From assembly GCA_937888435.1 (NCBI GenBank), contig CALAQS010000109.1, positions 26,039 through 90,038 of the forward strand: a DNA stretch of 64,000 nt, in the 5' to 3' direction. A program made the translations under genes and the position numbers. Source of the stretch: an uncultured Acidobacteriota bacterium (GTDB taxonomy: Bacteria; Acidobacteriota; Thermoanaerobaculia; UBA5066). Shown piece by piece: positions 60,593 through 64,000 of the stretch; position 1 is the stretch's first letter; each line of letters opens with the position of its first letter. The notes beneath the pieces were generated by a model. That model worked only from the letters and a program-made list of their open reading frames with translations. It made no database searches and had not been told where the DNA came from.

Positions 60593-62319
60593 GCAGAGGC
60601 CTTCAGCGGAACCTCTTCCCCGAGGAACTCGAAGTCGCCGGAATTCCACGCCTTGTCGAGCGCGGCGATCACCGCCGGGTCGAACGATTTTCCCGCGAAG
60701 GAGATGATCTGGGTGATGACGTAGGTGAGCGGCATGGCCTTCTGGTAGGGACGCGTCGTCGTCATCGCGTCGAAGGTGTCCGCCACGGCTACGACCCGCG
60801 CGACGAGCGGAATGCCCTCGCCCTTCAACCCGTCCGGGTAGCCCCCGCCCGTCCATTTTTCGTGATGGTGCTTGATGCCCGGGATGATGTCCTTGAGCTG
60901 CGGAATCTGGCCCATGATGAGCGCGCCCTTGGCCGGGTGCGTCTTCATGATCTCGAATTCCTCGCTCGTGAGAGCCGTGGGCTTCCTCAGGATGCGGTCG
61001 TCGATGCCGATCTTGCCCACGTCATGGAGCAGCGCGGACAGCCGCACCACGCGCACCTCCTCCGGGGAGAGGTCCATGTGGCGCGCGAGGACGACGGCAT
61101 ACCGGGCGACCCGCTCCGAGTGGCCGCGGGTGTACGGGTCTTTCGCGTCGATCGCGGCCGCGAGCGTGCGCACGGAGTTGATGAACAGCTCCTGGTTCTC
61201 TTTCGCCGCGCGCTTGAGCCTGTCGACCGACTTTTCGATCGAGTCGGACATGGAGTTGAACGTCTCGGACAATTCCGCGAGCTCGCGCACGCCACGGACC
61301 TCGACCCGCTGCTTGAAGTTGCCCTCGGCGATGGACCGAACCTTCGCGACCAGCTCGACGAGCGGGTGCGCGAGCAGGCGCGCGGCCACCAGCGCGACGA
61401 GGCCGGCGAACAACAGCGAAAACACGGCGAGAAGAGAAGATGCCTTCTGCATCTGCGCGACCGACGCGTAGGCCGCCGCCTCGTCCTTCTCCACGATGAC
61501 GCCCCAGTCCGGCGTCGGCATCGTCGCGAGCGTGCCGAGGACGCGCCGCGCCGTCTTGCCCTCGCCCCGCATGTACGATTTCGTGATCCGGACCGGATGC
61601 GCGATGAACTCGCTCACGAGGTCGAGGTAATGCACGTCCTTCGAGCGGAAGGCCGAGGCATCACTCGACAGGATGAGCGTGCCCGACCGGTCGACGACAT
61701 ACGCGAGGACGCCGCCCTGCCCTGCCTCTTCGAGCTTTGCCTTGATGAACTTGAGCGAGAGCAGCGCCTCGACGACGCCGATCGGCTCCTGGCCCTCCGC
61801 CGGCCGAACAGGCACCGCGAGGACAAGCGCGCCATCCGGCAGGGACCGGGGGAAGATCGGGTCGGCCACGTAGGCGTCGCCGCGCATCGCGGCGTTGTAG
61901 GCCTGGCGGAGCGGACGCTCCACGTCTGGGTCGAGCGCCACGGAATCGGCTTCCGACGCGACGCCGTCACGATCGAGGGCGCGCAGCACCGGGAAGCTCG
62001 ACTCGGCGTCGGCGTACTCGCGCAGCAGCTGCTTTTTCGAAAGGTAGAAGAAAGGATCCGTGGACATCGAGCTCGCGAGCCGGATGCCGTCCGCGATCTT
62101 CTTGAGCTGCGATTGGGCGTTCGTGATGTAGGTGTCGAAGCTGTCGGCGAGCGTCACCGAGCTGTTCTTCAGGTACTTCTTCTCGGCCGTTTCGAGAGCG
62201 TCCCGGTTGATCCGGATGAGGTTGAAGTGCAGGAGGGCGAGGGGGACGATTGAGACGAGGACCAGCGCGACGAGCAGAGCCGTCACAATCCTCAGGCGCG
62301 GAACCCGGGCAACACCCAT
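60589..62319 (-). CDS. Membrane sensor HD-GYP phosphodiesterase (periplasmic Cache-like domain, TM, HAMP, HD-GYP).
   Basis: Two TM helices flank a periplasmic sensor region. HAMP (LVAKVRSIAEGNFKQRVEV). HD-GYP motifs HSERVARYA, LLHDVGK, HHEKWTGGGYP. Confidence 0.85.
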   Translation of the reverse strand: MGVARVPRLRIVTALLVALVLVSIVPLALLHFNLIRINRDALETAEKKYLKNSSVTLADSFDTYITNAQSQLKKIADGIRLASSMSTDPFFYLSKKQLLREYADAESSFPVLRALDRDGVASEADSVALDPDVERPLRQAYNAAMRGDAYVADPIFPRSLPDGALVLAVPVRPAEGQEPIGVVEALLSLKFIKAKLEEAGQGGVLAYVVDRSGTLILSSDASAFRSKDVHYLDLVSEFIAHPVRITKSYMRGEGKTARRVLGTLATMPTPDWGVIVEKDEAAAYASVAQMQKASSLLAVFSLLFAGLVALVAARLLAHPLVELVAKVRSIAEGNFKQRVEVRGVRELAELSETFNSMSDSIEKSVDRLKRAAKENQELFINSVRTLAAAIDAKDPYTRGHSERVARYAVVLARHMDLSPEEVRVVRLSALLHDVGKIGIDDRILRKPTALTSEEFEIMKTHPAKGALIMGQIPQLKDIIPGIKHHHEKWTGGGYPDGLKGEGIPLVARVVAVADTFDAMTTTRPYQKAMPLTYVITQIISFAGKSFDPAVIAALDKAWNSGDFEFLGEEVPLKASA

Positions 62320-63407
62320 CCGACCGTATTGTACCGCGCAAGAACGCCCTCGAATGCCTCCAGGAGCTCGGCCGCCTCGGCCCGCACGAGCACGGCCCGC
62401 CCGGGCCGGGCGAGGAGTACGGCCCTGAGGCCGACCCGATCGGCTTTCTTGTCGGCGCGAAGTAGCGCGGCGACGCGGAACACTGCGGCGGCGGAGGGCC
62501 GCGGCGCCTTGACGAGGCGGACGACGCGCCCCGCGAGCGCCTCGGCCGTCCCCCGCGGGAGCCCTGCGCGCTTCACCGACAGGTGCAACGCCGCGAGCAG
62601 TCCCCAGGCGACGGCTTCCCCGTGCTCGAGGCGGTGTCCCGACGCCGTCTCGAGGGCGTGACCCACGGTGTGTCCGAGGTTCAGGGCCGCCCTCTCTCCC
62701 GTTCGTTCGAACGGATCGAGCGTCACGGCGCGCGCTTTCACGCCCAGGGACCGGCGCACGGCCTCGGAGACGGCAGCCGGTTCGCGGGCGGAAAGAGGCG
62801 CCTCGAGACGCGCCATCGCGCGGTGGAAGCCCGCGTCGAGCATCGAGGTCTTCACGACCTCCGCGAGGCCGGAGCGATACGCGCGGAGCGGAAGCGTCAC
62901 GAGCGCCGACGTGTCGACGACGACGAGGCGCGCCGGATGGAATGCGCCTGCGAGATTTTTCCCCGAGGGAAGGTCCACGGCCGTCTTGCCGCCGAGGGCG
63001 CTGTCGGAGGCCGCGAGGAGCGTCGTGGGAGCCTGGACGACGGCTACGCCGCGCAGCGCGAGAGCGGCCGCGAGCCCCGCCACGTCGCCCACCGTTCCGC
63101 CTCCCAGAGCGACGACGCCCCCGTCCCGCCGAAGCCCGCGCCGGACGAGCTCCTCGAGGAGGCGGCCGAGGACGTCCCACGTCTTGGCGGCCTCGCCATC
63201 TGGGACGAAGAGGGGCTTTGGATCCAGCCGATCTCCGCCTCCAGCGAGAAGCGAACCGCCATGCAGGAGAAAGACCTTCTTAGAAGAGATGAGGAACCAG
63301 CGCCCCGGAGCGATGTGGCGCAGCCGCCTATCCAGCCCGGCGTAGGCCCCCTTGCCGACGAGCACGTCGGTGCGGGCCCCCGCCGCGACGAACGAGAACC
63401 GACGCAC
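62292..63407 (-). CDS. aroB: 3-dehydroquinate synthase.
   Basis: Rossmann GGGTVGDVAG and metal-binding His motifs of the DHQS family. Confidence 0.9.
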   Translation of the reverse strand: MRRFSFVAAGARTDVLVGKGAYAGLDRRLRHIAPGRWFLISSKKVFLLHGGSLLAGGGDRLDPKPLFVPDGEAAKTWDVLGRLLEELVRRGLRRDGGVVALGGGTVGDVAGLAAALALRGVAVVQAPTTLLAASDSALGGKTAVDLPSGKNLAGAFHPARLVVVDTSALVTLPLRAYRSGLAEVVKTSMLDAGFHRAMARLEAPLSAREPAAVSEAVRRSLGVKARAVTLDPFERTGERAALNLGHTVGHALETASGHRLEHGEAVAWGLLAALHLSVKRAGLPRGTAEALAGRVVRLVKAPRPSAAAVFRVAALLRADKKADRVGLRAVLLARPGRAVLVRAEAAELLEAFEGVLARYNTVGWVLPGFRA

Positions 63408-63408
63408 T

Positions 63409-64000
63409 TCAGGTCTTCGGCGGTTTCGCGAGCGCGATGTGAAGCTCGGCGAGCTGCTCGGGCGACACGGGGTTCGGACACTGAGTCATGAGATCCGCAC
63501 CGGAGGCCGTCTTCGGGAACGCGATCACGTCGCGAATGGAGGACGAGCCCGTCAGGATCATGAGGATGCGGTCGAGGCCGAGCGCGATCCCGCCGTGCGG
63601 CGGCGCCCCAAAACGGAATGCGTCAAGGAGGAATCCGAACTTCGCGCGCGCTTCCTCGGGGCTGATCCCGAGCGCCGAAAAGACGCGCGATTGCACGTCG
63701 GGCCGGTGGATCCGGATGGACCCGCCGCCCAGCTCCATGCCGTTCAGGACGACGTCGTAAGCGCGCGCCTTCACCCGACCGGGCTCACTCTCGAGATACG
63801 GCAGGTCCTCCTCGCGCGGCGAGGTAAACGGATGGTGCATCGCGTACCAGCGGGCGTCCTCCTCGTGCCACTCGAGAAGCGGGAACCCGGTCACCCAGAG
63901 GAACTCGTAGCGTCCTTCGGGGACGAGCTTCTCCTCGCGGGCGATCTGGACGCGGAGGGTGCCGAGAAAGTCGAAGACGGACTTGGCCTTTCCGGCCGCG
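63409..64000 (-). CDS. aspS: Aspartate--tRNA ligase, C-terminal part (gene continues beyond the window end).
   Basis: Class II motif 3 region (GGGSIRIHR ... [14 protein letters not shown]) at the C-terminus. The ORF is open at position 64000. Confidence 0.9.
   Translation of the reverse strand, partial: AAGKAKSVFDFLGTLRVQIAREEKLVPEGRYEFLWVTGFPLLEWHEEDARWYAMHHPFTSPREEDLPYLESEPGRVKARAYDVVLNGMELGGGSIRIHRPDVQSRVFSALGISPEEARAKFGFLLDAFRFGAPPHGGIALGLDRILMILTGSSSIRDVIAFPKTASGADLMTQCPNPVSPEQLAELHIALAKPPKT

Overview
This window is about 64 kb of high-GC (roughly two-thirds G+C by eye) bacterial chromosome with dense, mostly housekeeping coding. Hallmark families (a TIGR03436-type VWA protein, many TPR lipoproteins, an MglA-like GTPase) suggest Acidobacteriota, but this is not certain. 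The confidently recognisable genes are listed below.

- **Translation, tRNA and rRNA modification, replication:** alaS, the aspS 3' end, tsaE, rsmE, prmA, a tRNA-Leu(CAA), rarA.
- **Protein export:** secA, ftsY.
- **Heat shock:** the hrcA-grpE-dnaK-dnaJ(-prmA-rsmE) operon.
- **Biosynthesis and central metabolism:** guaB, ilvE, aroB, ribD-ribE-hemW, nnr.
- **Molybdenum hydroxylase:** a periplasmic (TAT) three-subunit enzyme cluster with mocA and xdhC accessory genes.
- **Envelope, pilus and peptidoglycan:** a type IV pilus retraction ATPase pilT, two lytic transglycosylases, an M23 peptidase and comM.
- **Membrane transport:** a TonB-ExbB-ExbD-ExbD system, a membrane H+-pyrophosphatase and an APC-family permease.
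- **Glycosyltransferases:** several membrane glycosyltransferases (GT-C-like, PIG-V-like, GT2).

I see no CRISPR array, IS element, integrase or recognisable defence island.

The observations most worth follow-up are listed here:
1. An AT-rich oligomer TTCTTAGAAGG (core CTTAGAAG/CTTCTAAG) recurs at least 9 times inside coding sequences, in different reading frames and both orientations. Two of the pairs are inverted copies about 92 bp apart.
2. A putative split Mg2+ transport module pairs a soluble MgtE N-domain+CBS protein with an NRAMP-related (NRMT-like) permease. The two genes are translationally coupled, and the NRAMP metal-site residues are substituted.
3. An MglA-family Ras-like GTPase carries a ~250-aa C-terminal extension and has no adjacent mglB. 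A Roadblock/LC7 (MglB-like) protein sits ~38 kb away in an operon with a TPR lipoprotein and an HD-GYP sensor.
4. mocA contains an in-frame ~120-bp insertion made of two back-to-back perfect or near-perfect hairpins.
5. A small Cys-rich ORF is translationally coupled inside the Mo-hydroxylase cluster.

All gene calls are made by eye from the ORF translations. Start codons in this GC-rich DNA are approximate.
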